A stretch of DNA of 32,000 nucleotides. It comes from Pseudomonas aeruginosa (GTDB lineage Bacteria > Pseudomonadota > Gammaproteobacteria > Pseudomonadales > Pseudomonadaceae). The translations under genes were made by a program, and so were the position numbers. Each line of letters begins with the position of its first letter. The first letter of the stretch is position 1. Of this stretch, positions 20,457 to 29,278 are shown in pieces. The stretch is from positions 1,020,001 to 1,052,000 of the forward strand of contig NZ_LN831024.1 of NCBI RefSeq assembly GCF_001457615.1, written 5' to 3'. The notes below the pieces were generated by a model. That model was not told the DNA's origin. It searched no databases and saw only the letters and a list, made by a program, of their open reading frames with translations.

Positions 20457-21499
20457 GCGACGTTGCGCGGTGCGACGCGCCACTGCTCGCCGGGTTTCGG
20501 CGTGCCGAAGGTCGCCGGGTCCACGCCTTGGCTGCGCAGCGCCGCCTGGAGCGCCTTGGGCGGGTCGTCCTGCTGTTCGTCGGTGAGATTGAAGGTACCG
20601 AAGTGGATGGCCATGCTGGTCTGCGCCTGCAGCGTGCGATGGGCCTGCACCGCGTCGTCGGGATTCATGTGGTGGTCGCGCATGAACCAGCGCGGCTCGT
20701 AGGCGCCGATCGGCAGGGCGGCGAAACGCATCGCCCCGAAGCGCTGGTTGATCAGCCCGAACTCCGGGCCGAGCCCGGTATCGCCGGGAAACAGCAGCGG
20801 GCCGTCCGGCGAGTCGATGACGAAGCCGAGCCAGAGCGTGCGGTTGGTGTCGCTGCGGGTGCGCGACGACCAGTGCTGCACCGGTACGCCATGCAGCGTC
20901 AGGCCAGCGCCCAGCGGCACGGCCTGCCACCAGTCGATCTCCACGACGTCGGCGAAACCTGTCTGGCGGATCAGCCCGGCGTTGCCCAGGCCGCTGACCA
21001 CCTTGGCCGTCGGCCAGCGCCGGTGGAGCTGGCGCAGGGTTTCCAGGTCGAGGTGGTCGTAGTGGTTGTGGCTCACCAGCACCAGGTCGATCGGTGGCAA
21101 CTGGTCGAGCGTCAACCCGGGCGGATGGTGGCGCTTCGGGCCGATGAAGGCGAGCGGGCTGACCCGTTGCGACCAGACCGGGTCGGTGAGGATGTTCAGG
21201 CCGCGGTGCTGGATCAGCAGGGTGGCGTGGTTGATGTAGGTGACCCGCAGTTCTTCGCCGCGGGCGCGCTCGTTCACCCTTGGCGGCGTTGCCGTCGGCG
21301 GCAGGGCGACCCACGGGCGTTGCGGCGGGCGGTTCCACTGCCACTTGAGCAGGTCGCGCAGGCTCTTGTGCGCGGTCGGCTGGATATTGCGGAAACGTTC
21401 GCCGTCGAAATGGTCCGAAGGCGGACCCTGATAGGCGCTGCCAGCGCAGCCGGCCAGGGTCAGCAGGCTGATCAGCCAGGTGGGACGCAGGGAGGGCAT
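20414..21499 (-). CDS. MBL-fold metal-dependent hydrolase, putative lipoprotein (NAPE-PLD-like)
   Basis: 361 aa; lipobox LLTLAGC near the N terminus; TYINHATLLIQHRGLNILTDPVW, VLVSHNHYDHLDLETL, LFPGDTGLGPEF, MRDHHMNPDDAV. 3' end overlaps the SEC-C gene by 43 nt convergently. Confidence 0.87.
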   Translation of the reverse strand: MPSLRPTWLISLLTLAGCAGSAYQGPPSDHFDGERFRNIQPTAHKSLRDLLKWQWNRPPQRPWVALPPTATPPRVNERARGEELRVTYINHATLLIQHRGLNILTDPVWSQRVSPLAFIGPKRHHPPGLTLDQLPPIDLVLVSHNHYDHLDLETLRQLHRRWPTAKVVSGLGNAGLIRQTGFADVVEIDWWQAVPLGAGLTLHGVPVQHWSSRTRSDTNRTLWLGFVIDSPDGPLLFPGDTGLGPEFGLINQRFGAMRFAALPIGAYEPRWFMRDHHMNPDDAVQAHRTLQAQTSMAIHFGTFNLTDEQQDDPPKALQAALRSQGVDPATFGTPKPGEQWRVAPRNVAQEAEATRREQQLR

Positions 21500-21580
21500 G
21501 AGGGGATGCTCTTGCGGTCAGGCTCTCGGACAACCTAGCATGCCGCCCGGTACCCCGATCAAGCCAACTCGTTTCCAGTC

Positions 21581-22207
21581 ATGTCCCGTCCCCCGCGTCC
21601 TTCCCCGCGTCATCCCGTCCGCCCTGCGCCACGCCGGGTGGCCAAGGCGCCGCCGAGCGAGCCGAAGCTGCTGCTGTTCAACAAGCCGTTCGACGTACTG
21701 ACCCAGTTCAACGACGAGCAAGGGCGTTCGACCCTCAAGGACTTCATCCCGGTGCCGGGCGTGTATCCGGCCGGGCGCCTGGACCGCGACAGCGAGGGCC
21801 TGTTGCTGCTGACCAACGACGGTCGCCTGCAGGCGCGCATCGCCGACCCCCGGCACAAGCTGCCGAAGACCTACTGGGTGCAGGTCGAAGGTACGCCGGA
21901 CGAGGAGCAATTGCGGCGCCTGCGCGAGGGCGTGACGCTCAACGACGGCCCGACGCTGCCCGCCGAGGCGCGTCTGCTGGATGAGCCGACGTTGTGGGAG
22001 CGGGTGCCGCCGGTGCGTTTTCGCAAGTCGGTGCCGACCCACTGGCTGGAACTGGTGATCCGCGAGGGGCGCAATCGCCAGGTGCGGCGGATGACGGCGG
22101 CGGTGGGCTTGCCGACGCTGCGGCTGGTGCGGGTGCGGATCGGCCCCTGGAGCCTGGACGGCCTGGGCCTCGGGGAATGGCGGGAAGTGCCGGCGCGGCT
22201 GGACTGA
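21581..22207 (+). CDS. rluE: 23S rRNA pseudouridine synthase, RluE-like (RsuA family)
   Basis: 208 aa: [88 protein letters not shown]. Confidence 0.9.
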   Translation: MSRPPRPSPRHPVRPAPRRVAKAPPSEPKLLLFNKPFDVLTQFNDEQGRSTLKDFIPVPGVYPAGRLDRDSEGLLLLTNDGRLQARIADPRHKLPKTYWVQVEGTPDEEQLRRLREGVTLNDGPTLPAEARLLDEPTLWERVPPVRFRKSVPTHWLELVIREGRNRQVRRMTAAVGLPTLRLVRVRIGPWSLDGLGLGEWREVPARLD

Positions 22208-22240
22208 CGAGAGGGGCGTCGTCCAGCGGGCGCGGAACGA

Positions 22241-22633
22241 TCAGTAGTACGACTTGATCACGGCGATGCCGCGACCCATCACGTCGCGCCAGGCGTCGCG
22301 GGTCTCGGCGTCGCAGTCGCGGTCGTGCTCGGCGACCGCCATCAGCAGGGCGTCCAGCCACAGGTCGTAGAGTTCCGGGCGGATATCCAGCGCGGCGCGC
22401 GAATGGCTGGCGCCGAGTGCGCGCAGCTTGCTGTCGGACATGCCGCGGGCGTACATCACCAGGTTCATGATTCCGGCACGCAGCAGGTGTTTCTGCGCAG
22501 TCATGTCGGTGGTGGCGAACTTGGCGCGAATCTGCGGGGAACTGGCAAGGAAATGCCGGTAGAAATCATCGAAGAATCCGGTGCTGGCACAGCAGCGTCC
22601 ATAACTCTGCATGACGCGGTCGGCGGCGTTCAT
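22241..22633 (-). CDS. Single-domain globin-like protein
   Basis: 130 aa: CCASTGFFDDFYRHFLASSPQIRAKFATTDMTAQKHLLRAGIMNLVMYARG...LGASHSRAALDIRPELYDLWLDALLMAV; pattern fits the globin E-F-G helices with a candidate proximal His in LGASHS. Confidence 0.75.
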   Translation of the reverse strand: MNAADRVMQSYGRCCASTGFFDDFYRHFLASSPQIRAKFATTDMTAQKHLLRAGIMNLVMYARGMSDSKLRALGASHSRAALDIRPELYDLWLDALLMAVAEHDRDCDAETRDAWRDVMGRGIAVIKSYY

Positions 22634-22733
22634 GGCGACTCCCTTGTTCTAGGCAATGGCAAGGCGAGCCGGCCCCGTTGGCCGGGGCCGGCGGATGATT
22701 ACGAGTGGTTGGATGACGCGCGTGGCGCCGGGG

Positions 22734-22943
22734 TTACATGCCCGCGCCTTCGAGGCTGCCGATGACCAGGCCCTTGATGATGAAGCCCAGTACGCCCAGG
22801 CCGAGGGCGAAGAACAGGATCAGGGTTCCGAACTTGCCGGCTTTCGACTTCTTCGCCAGGTCCCACACGATGAAAGCCATGAACAGGATAAGCACGGTCA
22901 CCAGACCGGTCATCATCCACTCTTCGAACAGTTCGGGATCCAT
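22734..22943 (-). CDS. DUF2788 family small membrane protein
   Basis: ORF 22734..22964; likely start MDPELFEEWMMTGLVTVLILFMAFIVWDLAKKSKAGKFGTLILFFALGLGVLGFIIKGLV; two TM segments. Confidence 0.8.
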   Translation of the reverse strand: MDPELFEEWMMTGLVTVLILFMAFIVWDLAKKSKAGKFGTLILFFALGLGVLGFIIKGLVIGSLEGAGM

Positions 22944-23144
22944 TGGCAACCTCCGGATTTTCAAGCAAACGAAGTCCGGCTCGCGGTCGGACGGAGCGTG
23001 CCATGGGGGGCGGGCAAGGCGTTTATCGTTCTACGAGCAGGCTGCTCTTTATATGCGGGGGCCACGCGGGCATGACAACTGAAACAGGTTGCCGATTATA
23101 CGGCATGCCGCCTGTTCCGTGTCATGTCCCAGGTCTCGCTACGA

Positions 23145-23624
23145 TCAATCGCGCAGGTGCTCCAGCGGCAGTTCGGTACTCGCCAGCACCTGGTTGAGGA
23201 CGAAGCTGGAGCGCACGCTGGAGACCCCTTCGATGCGCGTCAGGGTACCCAGCAGGAGCTTCTGGTAATGGTCCATGTCCGGCACCACGACCTTCAACTG
23301 GTAGTCCGCGTCCATCCCGGTGACCAGGCTGCACTCCAGCACTTCCGGGCATTTGCCGATGACTTCCTGGAAATGTTCGAAGCGTTCCGGGGTGTGTCGG
23401 TCCATGCCTATGAGGACGAAGGCGGTGAGGCTCAGGCCGAGTTTCTTGCGGTCCAGCAAGGCTACCTGGCGGACGATGTAGCCGTCGTCCTCGAGCTGCT
23501 TGACCCGTCGCGAACAGGGCGATGGCGACAGGCCTATCCGTTCTGCCAGTTCCTGGTTGGAGATGCGTGCGTCGCGCTGGAGTTCTTCGAGGATACGCAG
23601 GTCGTAGCGGTCGAGTTTGTTCAT
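23145..23624 (-). CDS. Lrp/AsnC family transcriptional regulator
   Basis: Start MNKLDRYDLRILEELQRDARISNQELAERIGLSPSPCSRRVKQLEDDGYI (Lrp HTH), followed by the RAM domain. Confidence 0.93.
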   Translation of the reverse strand: MNKLDRYDLRILEELQRDARISNQELAERIGLSPSPCSRRVKQLEDDGYIVRQVALLDRKKLGLSLTAFVLIGMDRHTPERFEHFQEVIGKCPEVLECSLVTGMDADYQLKVVVPDMDHYQKLLLGTLTRIEGVSSVRSSFVLNQVLASTELPLEHLRD

Positions 23625-23912
23625 GGCGAGGATTTCTTTCAGGTTGATTGCCATTGGCAAGGTGAATTTGAGTGATTTATTGCGCAATCAAGGTTCTGGT
23701 GAGCAATATTAGCAATCATTGGTCGCGCCTGGCGACGTATTCTTTTACCCAGATTCACGGCCCGGACATCTCGTCCATCACGGCTCGCCCAATCAGGCCA
23801 GCCGTGGCCGCCGACCCTACAGGGTTGCGCCGGCCTCCGGGTTGCACACCGCCCAGAAGGTGGAGTGAGGTGAGCCGTCGCCAACAGCGCCGAGCCAGGA
23901 CAGTTACCCCAG

Positions 23913-23943
23913 AAGGGAGGTCGACGGGCCTCCCTTTTTCTTT
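23913..23943 (+). terminator. Orphan intrinsic terminator in the divergent Lrp/DUF6515-like intergenic region
   Basis: AAGGGAGG-TCGACGGG-CCTCCCTT with tail TTTTTCTTT; textbook Rho-independent structure on the + strand, with no + strand gene ending nearby. Confidence 0.8.
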
Positions 23944-24080
23944 GCCCGCGATCCGGCCCGTGCCGCGCTTTTACCCATTCTTTACCCGGCGTTTACCCAC
24001 CCTTGGCGGAAAACGGCGGAAAGTCGTTCCCGGGATCATTCGAACGTGGCCGGGCGACCAGGCCCGGGGCGAGGCAGACG

Positions 24081-24785
24081 ATGAACGGTGGATGGTGGCG
24101 AATGCTCGGGGTGGGCGCTCTCTCGCTGAGCCTGTGCGTCCAGGCGCAGGCCGACGACGGCCGAGGGGGACGCGGTGGAGCCGGCGGCGAGCGCGGTGTT
24201 GCCCACGGACAACCGGGACCTGGCCGCGGCGAAGCGTACGGCGGCAGTTGGGGACCGCATCCCGACTGGCGTCCGGGCCGGGTGGTGGAGGCCTTGCCGC
24301 GCGGGCACCTGCGGGTGCCCTATCGCGGCGGCGAGTATTTCTTCGACGACGGCTACTGGTACCGACCCGACGGCCCGCGCTATGTGCTGGTCGTGCCGCC
24401 CCGCGGGGTGCGCGTCCGCAGCCTGCCGCCCTATGCGGAGCAGGTCTGGCTGGGCAGCGTGCTGTACTTCCTTGCCGCCGGCACTTACTACCTGTGGCAT
24501 GCCGACACCCGCGAGTACGAAGTGGTCAGCCCGCCGCCGCGGGCAGCGGGACCCGTTTATCCGGTCAGCGGGCCGGCCGCCAGCTACGACGTGGTGGCCT
24601 ACCCCGCGCGCGGCCAGGGGCCCGACCAGCAGGGCCGCGACCGCTACGAGTGCCACCGCTGGGCGGTGGGCGAGAGCGGCTTCGACCCGGCGGGGGCGAC
24701 CTACGCGCCGGCCGCCGAGGTCGCCAACGGCTACCGCCGGGCCATGGCCGCCTGCCTGAGCGGGCGCGGCTACAGCGTCAACTGA
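24081..24785 (+). CDS. Exported DUF6515-like protein
   Basis: Likely start MNGGWWRMLGVGALSLSLCVQAQADDGRGG (signal peptide), Gly-rich stretch, FFDDGYWYRPDGPRYVLVVPPRGVRVRSLPPY...YYLWHADTREYEVVSPP. Confidence 0.75.
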   Translation: MNGGWWRMLGVGALSLSLCVQAQADDGRGGRGGAGGERGVAHGQPGPGRGEAYGGSWGPHPDWRPGRVVEALPRGHLRVPYRGGEYFFDDGYWYRPDGPRYVLVVPPRGVRVRSLPPYAEQVWLGSVLYFLAAGTYYLWHADTREYEVVSPPPRAAGPVYPVSGPAASYDVVAYPARGQGPDQQGRDRYECHRWAVGESGFDPAGATYAPAAEVANGYRRAMAACLSGRGYSVN

Positions 24786-25674
24786 CGGTTTCCTTGCCGA
24801 CCACTTCCTGCGGGTCGGCATGGATCAGCACCTCGGCCTTCGGGTATTCGCGCTTGATCGCCAGCACTGCGCGGTCGGTCAGGGCGTGGGCCACCGACAG
24901 GCTCAGCTCGCCGGGCAGTTCGAGGTGCAACTGGACGAACCAGTGGTTGCCGGAAATCCGCGTGCGCACGTCGTGCGCGCCGAGCACTCCCGGCACGCTG
25001 CAGGCGAGTTCGCGCATGCGCTCGCTGATGTCGGTAGGCAGTTCCCGGTCCATCAGGATCGACACCGACTCGCGAGCGATCTGCAGGGCGCTCCAGAGGA
25101 TGTACAGGGCGATGCCCAGGCCGAACAGGCCGTCGCTCTGTGGCCAGCCGTAGCGGGCCAGGAGCAGTGCCACGAGGATGCTGGCGTTGAGCAGCAGGTC
25201 CGAGCGGTAGTGCAGCGAGTCGGCGCGTATCGCGGTGGAACCGGTGCGGCGGATGACGTGGGTCTGGAAGGCCAGGAGAAGGGCCGTGAGCAGCAGCGAC
25301 AGCAGCATCACCGCGATGCCCCAGGTGGCCGCGCCGAGGGGCTGCGGGTCGCGCAATTGCTCGACCGCCTGGATAGCCACCAGCACCGCGCTGGCACCGA
25401 TGAACATGGCCTGGGCCAGGCCGGCCAGGGCCTCGGCCTTGCCGTGGCCGTAGCGGTGGTCGTCGTCGGCCGGGCGTAGCGAATAGTGCACCGCCAGCAG
25501 GTTGAGCAGCGAGGCGGCACTGTCCAGCAGGGAGTCGGTGAGGCCGGCGAGCAGGCTCACCGAACCGCTCAGCCACCAGGCAATGGCCTTGCCGATGACC
25601 AGGGTGACGGCGACACCGAGCGAGGCCAGGGTGGCCAGGCGCAGCAGGCGGGCGTGGGGGGAATCGGGACTCAT
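24778..25674 (-). CDS. fieF: Cation diffusion facilitator family efflux transporter (FieF/YiiP-like)
   Basis: 298 aa: LLAGLTDSLLDSAASLLNLLAVHYSLRPADDDHRYGHGKAEALAGLAQ...IRADSLHYRSDLLLNASI...DVRTRISGNHWFVQLHLELPG. Convergent 8-nt overlap with the preceding gene. Confidence 0.93.
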   Translation of the reverse strand: MSPDSPHARLLRLATLASLGVAVTLVIGKAIAWWLSGSVSLLAGLTDSLLDSAASLLNLLAVHYSLRPADDDHRYGHGKAEALAGLAQAMFIGASAVLVAIQAVEQLRDPQPLGAATWGIAVMLLSLLLTALLLAFQTHVIRRTGSTAIRADSLHYRSDLLLNASILVALLLARYGWPQSDGLFGLGIALYILWSALQIARESVSILMDRELPTDISERMRELACSVPGVLGAHDVRTRISGNHWFVQLHLELPGELSLSVAHALTDRAVLAIKREYPKAEVLIHADPQEVVGKETVS

Positions 25675-25762
25675 GGGGCGCTTCTGTCAGGAGGGACGGC
25701 GCCACTGTAAACCAACCGGGCGGCGACCGGGCACTGACGCACGGTCGCGCTCGGAGGGCGGA

Positions 25763-26179
25763 TCAGGCGGCCGGCTTCAGGCCATAGGCCGCCAGTTGCT
25801 CGACGCTGCCGCTGTGGCGGATCAGGCGCGGGTCGTCGAGCGGCAGTTCACGGCCGATCTCGCGTTCGAGGATGGCCTTGAGCTTGCGGTTGTCGACCTT
25901 GCCGTCCGCGCCGACGGCATCCTTGAGCACTTCCGGGGCGACCGAGTACTTGGCGTCGGGCAGGTAGATGGCGCCGGTGGCGAAGTCGACGCCGAAGGCG
26001 ATCAGGCCGGGGATGATATAGAACAGCAGGCCGATGGCGTCGAAGGCGACGATGGCCGGATCGATGCGACCGTCGATCTGGCCGCGTCGCTCGGGGTAGA
26101 ACAGCGTACCGCAGGCCGACAACTGGCTCAGCAGGGCTGCACTGAGAACGGCACAGGAAACGCGGGTGGCAAGGCGCAT
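25763..26179 (-). CDS. Small putative lipoprotein, YceK/YidQ-like
   Basis: ORF 25763..26200; N-terminal signal with lipobox LLSQLSAC, then GTLFYPERRGQIDGRIDPAIVAFDAIGLLFYIIPGLIAFGVDFATGAIYLP. Confidence 0.7.
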   Translation of the reverse strand: MRLATRVSCAVLSAALLSQLSACGTLFYPERRGQIDGRIDPAIVAFDAIGLLFYIIPGLIAFGVDFATGAIYLPDAKYSVAPEVLKDAVGADGKVDNRKLKAILEREIGRELPLDDPRLIRHSGSVEQLAAYGLKPAA

Positions 26180-26320
26180 GTATGACCTCCGGGTGAACAT
26201 GACGGCGAACTATAGCAATCGACCAGCGTTCGGCAATCTTCTGCCGCGACGATGACGATAAGACCGTCGAAAGCGCCTGCCGGTTCGCCGGTATACTTCG
26301 TCGGTCAGTCCGGAGCCAGC

Positions 26321-28837
26321 ATGATTTCCCTACCCATCGACGCCGTTGTTCCCGCCCTGCGCCAGGCCCTTGGCGCACAACACCAGGCCGTCCTGGAAGC
26401 CCCGCCGGGTGCCGGCAAGACCACCCGGGTGCCGCTGGCCCTGCTCGACGAGCCCTGGCTCGCCGGCCAACGCATCCTCATGCTCGAACCGCGACGCCTG
26501 GCGGCGCGGGCCGCGGCCGAGCGGCTGGCCGCCGAGCTGGGCGAAAAGGTCGGCGAGACCGTCGGCTACCGGATCCGCCTGGAGAGCAGGGTCGGCCCGA
26601 AGACCCGCATCGAAGTGGTCACCGAGGGTATCCTTGCCCGTCGCCTGCAAGACGCCCCGGCGCTGGACGGTGTCGGCCTGGTGATCTTCGACGAATTCCA
26701 CGAGCGCAGCCTGGATGCCGACCTGGCCCTGGCGCTGACTCTCAATGGCCGCGAACTGTTGCGCGACGAGCCGCCGCTGAAAGTGCTGGTGATGTCGGCG
26801 ACCCTGGAGGGCGAGCGTCTTGCGGCGCTGCTCGGCGAAGCGCCGGTGGTGCGCAGCGAGGGCCGCATGTTCCCGGTGGATATCCGCTGGGGACGGGCGG
26901 CGCAACCTGGCGAGTTCATCGAGCCGCGGGTGCAGCAGGCGGTGCTCCAGGCGCTGGCGGAGGAAAGCGGCAGCGTGCTGGTCTTTCTTCCCGGCCAGGC
27001 CGAGATCCGCCGCGTTCACGAAGGCTTGCGCGAGGCCCTTGGCGGTCGCCCCGAGGTGCTGCTCTGCCCGCTGCATGGCGAGCTCGACCTCGCCGCCCAG
27101 CGCGCCGCCATCGAGCCGGCGTCGCGGGGCACGCGCAAGGTGGTGCTGGCGACCAACATCGCCGAGACCAGCCTGACCATCGACGGCGTACGGGTGGTGA
27201 TCGACGCCGGCCTGGCGCGGGTGCCGCGCTTCGATCCGGGTAGCGGCATGACCCGCCTGGAGACCCAGCGCATCTCCCGCGCCTCCGCTACCCAGCGTGC
27301 CGGCCGCGCAGGGCGCCTGGAGCCGGGCGTATGCTACCGCTTGTGGTCGGAGAGCCAGCATGAGCAGTTGCCTGCCTACGGCACGGCGGAAATCCTCCAG
27401 GCCGATCTGGCCGGGCTGGCCCTGCAACTGGCGCGCTGGGGCGTGGCGCCGGAGGAGCTGGCCTGGCTCGACGCGCCGCCCGCGGCGGCCTACGCCCAGG
27501 CCCGCGAGCTGCTCGGGCGGCTGGGGGCGCTGAACGCCAGCGGCGCGTTGAGTGCCCATGGCCAGGCGATGGCCGAATTGCCGACCCATCCGCGCATTGC
27601 CCACCTGCTGCTGCGCGGCCAGGCCCTCGGCCTTGGCGAACTGGCTTGCGACGTAGCGGCGCTGCTCGGCGAACGTGACATACAGCGTGGCGGCGGCGCC
27701 GACCTGCACAGCCGTCTCGCCCTGCTCGCCGGCGAGGCCCGCGCTGGCGCCTCGCGCGGCGCGGTACAGCGCGCCCGGCAACTGGCCCGGCAGTTCCGCG
27801 GTTACCTGCGCGGCGCCGCCAGCGAGGCGGTCGTCGATCCCGGCCATCCGCGCTGGCTGGGTTGCCTGCTGGCCTTCGCCTATCCCGACCGCATCGCTCG
27901 CCAGCGCCGCGCCGGCGGCGGCGACTACCGGCTGGCCAATGGACGCGCTGCGCAGTTCGGCGAACCGGACAGCCTGATGAAGCTGCCCTGGCTGGTGATC
28001 GCCGATCTGGGCAGCCGCCAGGGCCAGCGCGAAGAGCGGATCTACCTGGCCGCCGAACTCGATCCGAGGTTGTTCGATACGGTCCTGGCGGAGCAGGTCA
28101 GCCAGCGCGACGAGCTGCAGTGGGACGAGCGCGAAGGCGTGCTGCGCGCCGAGCGCCAGCGCCGGGTCGGCGAACTGGTGCTGTCCAGCGAGGCGCTACC
28201 CGGCCTCGACGAAGCGGCGCGCAGCCAGGCGCTGCTCGGCCTGGTCCGGCGCAAGGGCCTGGAGTTGTTGCCCTGGACCCCGGAACTGCGCCAGTGGCAG
28301 GCGCGCATCGGCTTGCTGCGCCGGCTGGACCTGGAAGACAAGGGCGAGAGCGAGTGGCCGGACGTCAGCGACGCCGCGTTGCTGGAACGGTTGGAGGAAT
28401 GGTTGCCGGCCTATCTCGGCAAGGTCACCCGCCTGGCTCACTTCGCCAACCTCGACCTGGCTTCGATCCTCGCCGGGCTGTTGCCCTGGCCATTACCGCA
28501 GCGTCTCGACGAGTGGGCACCGAAAACCCTGGAAGTCCCCTCCGGCTCGCGCATCCGCCTGGACTACAGCGAAACCCCGCCGATCCTCGCGGTGCGCCTG
28601 CAGGAACTGTTCGGCCTCGGCGACACTCCGCGCATCGCCCAGGGCCGCCTGGCAGTGAAGCTGCACTTGCTGTCTCCCGCGCATCGCCCGGTGCAGGTGA
28701 CCCAGGACCTGGCGAACTTCTGGCGCAGCACCTATGCGGAAGTCAGGAAGGACCTGAAGGGACGCTATCCGAAGCATTATTGGCCGGACGACCCGCTGGT
28801 GGCCGAGGCCACTGCCCGGGCCAAGCCACGTAAGTAG
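26321..28837 (+). CDS. hrpB: ATP-dependent helicase HrpB
   Basis: 838 aa from MISLPIDAVVPALRQAL; LEAPPGAGKTTRVPLALL, VIFDEFHERSLDADLAL, LVFLPGQAEIRR, VVLATNIAETSLTIDGVRVVIDAGLAR, QRAGRAGRLEPGVCYRLW. Confidence 0.95.
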   Translation: MISLPIDAVVPALRQALGAQHQAVLEAPPGAGKTTRVPLALLDEPWLAGQRILMLEPRRLAARAAAERLAAELGEKVGETVGYRIRLESRVGPKTRIEVVTEGILARRLQDAPALDGVGLVIFDEFHERSLDADLALALTLNGRELLRDEPPLKVLVMSATLEGERLAALLGEAPVVRSEGRMFPVDIRWGRAAQPGEFIEPRVQQAVLQALAEESGSVLVFLPGQAEIRRVHEGLREALGGRPEVLLCPLHGELDLAAQRAAIEPASRGTRKVVLATNIAETSLTIDGVRVVIDAGLARVPRFDPGSGMTRLETQRISRASATQRAGRAGRLEPGVCYRLWSESQHEQLPAYGTAEILQADLAGLALQLARWGVAPEELAWLDAPPAAAYAQARELLGRLGALNASGALSAHGQAMAELPTHPRIAHLLLRGQALGLGELACDVAALLGERDIQRGGGADLHSRLALLAGEARAGASRGAVQRARQLARQFRGYLRGAASEAVVDPGHPRWLGCLLAFAYPDRIARQRRAGGGDYRLANGRAAQFGEPDSLMKLPWLVIADLGSRQGQREERIYLAAELDPRLFDTVLAEQVSQRDELQWDEREGVLRAERQRRVGELVLSSEALPGLDEAARSQALLGLVRRKGLELLPWTPELRQWQARIGLLRRLDLEDKGESEWPDVSDAALLERLEEWLPAYLGKVTRLAHFANLDLASILAGLLPWPLPQRLDEWAPKTLEVPSGSRIRLDYSETPPILAVRLQELFGLGDTPRIAQGRLAVKLHLLSPAHRPVQVTQDLANFWRSTYAEVRKDLKGRYPKHYWPDDPLVAEATARAKPRK

Positions 28838-28847
28838 TCGACGGCGC

Positions 28848-29255
28848 TCAGAGCACCCGGGTCAGGTCGTCGTCGAGGAAGTGCCGGAAACTCAGGCGCT
28901 GGCCGTCGGCGAAGTCGAAGTGGCTGTCCAGGGTCGGGCCGTTGAGGACGAACTCCAGGGCCAGCAGGCGCACACCGACCAGGCCGCGCTGCCGGCCGAG
29001 GTCGTGCAGGCGGTACTCGCCCGGGCCTTCGTCGTTCTCGCAGGGCCGCGGCGCTTCGCCGCTGCGCCAGAACACCGTCTCGCCCTCGAAGTAGAGGCGA
29101 TACCAGCGTTGCTCGAACTGCAGGTAGACCACGTTCACCGGATCGGCCGGACGGCCTTCCCACCACCATTCCTGGATCAGCAGCGACTGGCAGACCTGTC
29201 CGCGCAGGGCGGGCTGTTCGCCGTTGATCGTGCAGCAGGGGATGGCGGTATGCAT
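28848..29255 (-). CDS. Conserved hypothetical protein
   Basis: 135 aa from MHTAIPCCTINGEQPALRGQVCQSLLIQEWWWEGRPADPVNVVYLQFEQRWYRLYFEGETVFWRSGEAP.... Terminal portion of an extended 444-aa ORF; its C-terminal frame has normal composition. Confidence 0.7.
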   Translation of the reverse strand: MHTAIPCCTINGEQPALRGQVCQSLLIQEWWWEGRPADPVNVVYLQFEQRWYRLYFEGETVFWRSGEAPRPCENDEGPGEYRLHDLGRQRGLVGVRLLALEFVLNGPTLDSHFDFADGQRLSFRHFLDDDLTRVL

Positions 29256-29278
29256 CGGGCTCCTCCTCCGGGGTCGGT

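Noticed and set aside
19782-21533. 583-aa minus ORF spanning the MBL and SEC-C genes
   Set aside because: Alternate frame to the MBL-fold lipoprotein, whose frame has intact HxHxDH-type motif.
23672-25153. 493-aa + ORF across the Lrp/DUF6515 intergenic region and the exported protein gene
   Set aside because: Runs over the intrinsic terminator and through the exported-protein gene in a different frame; sequence is non-protein-like and antisense to fieF at its end.
26330-28833. 505-aa antisense and 323-aa alternate-frame ORFs within hrpB
   Set aside because: hrpB frame has all helicase motifs; others are high-GC shadows.
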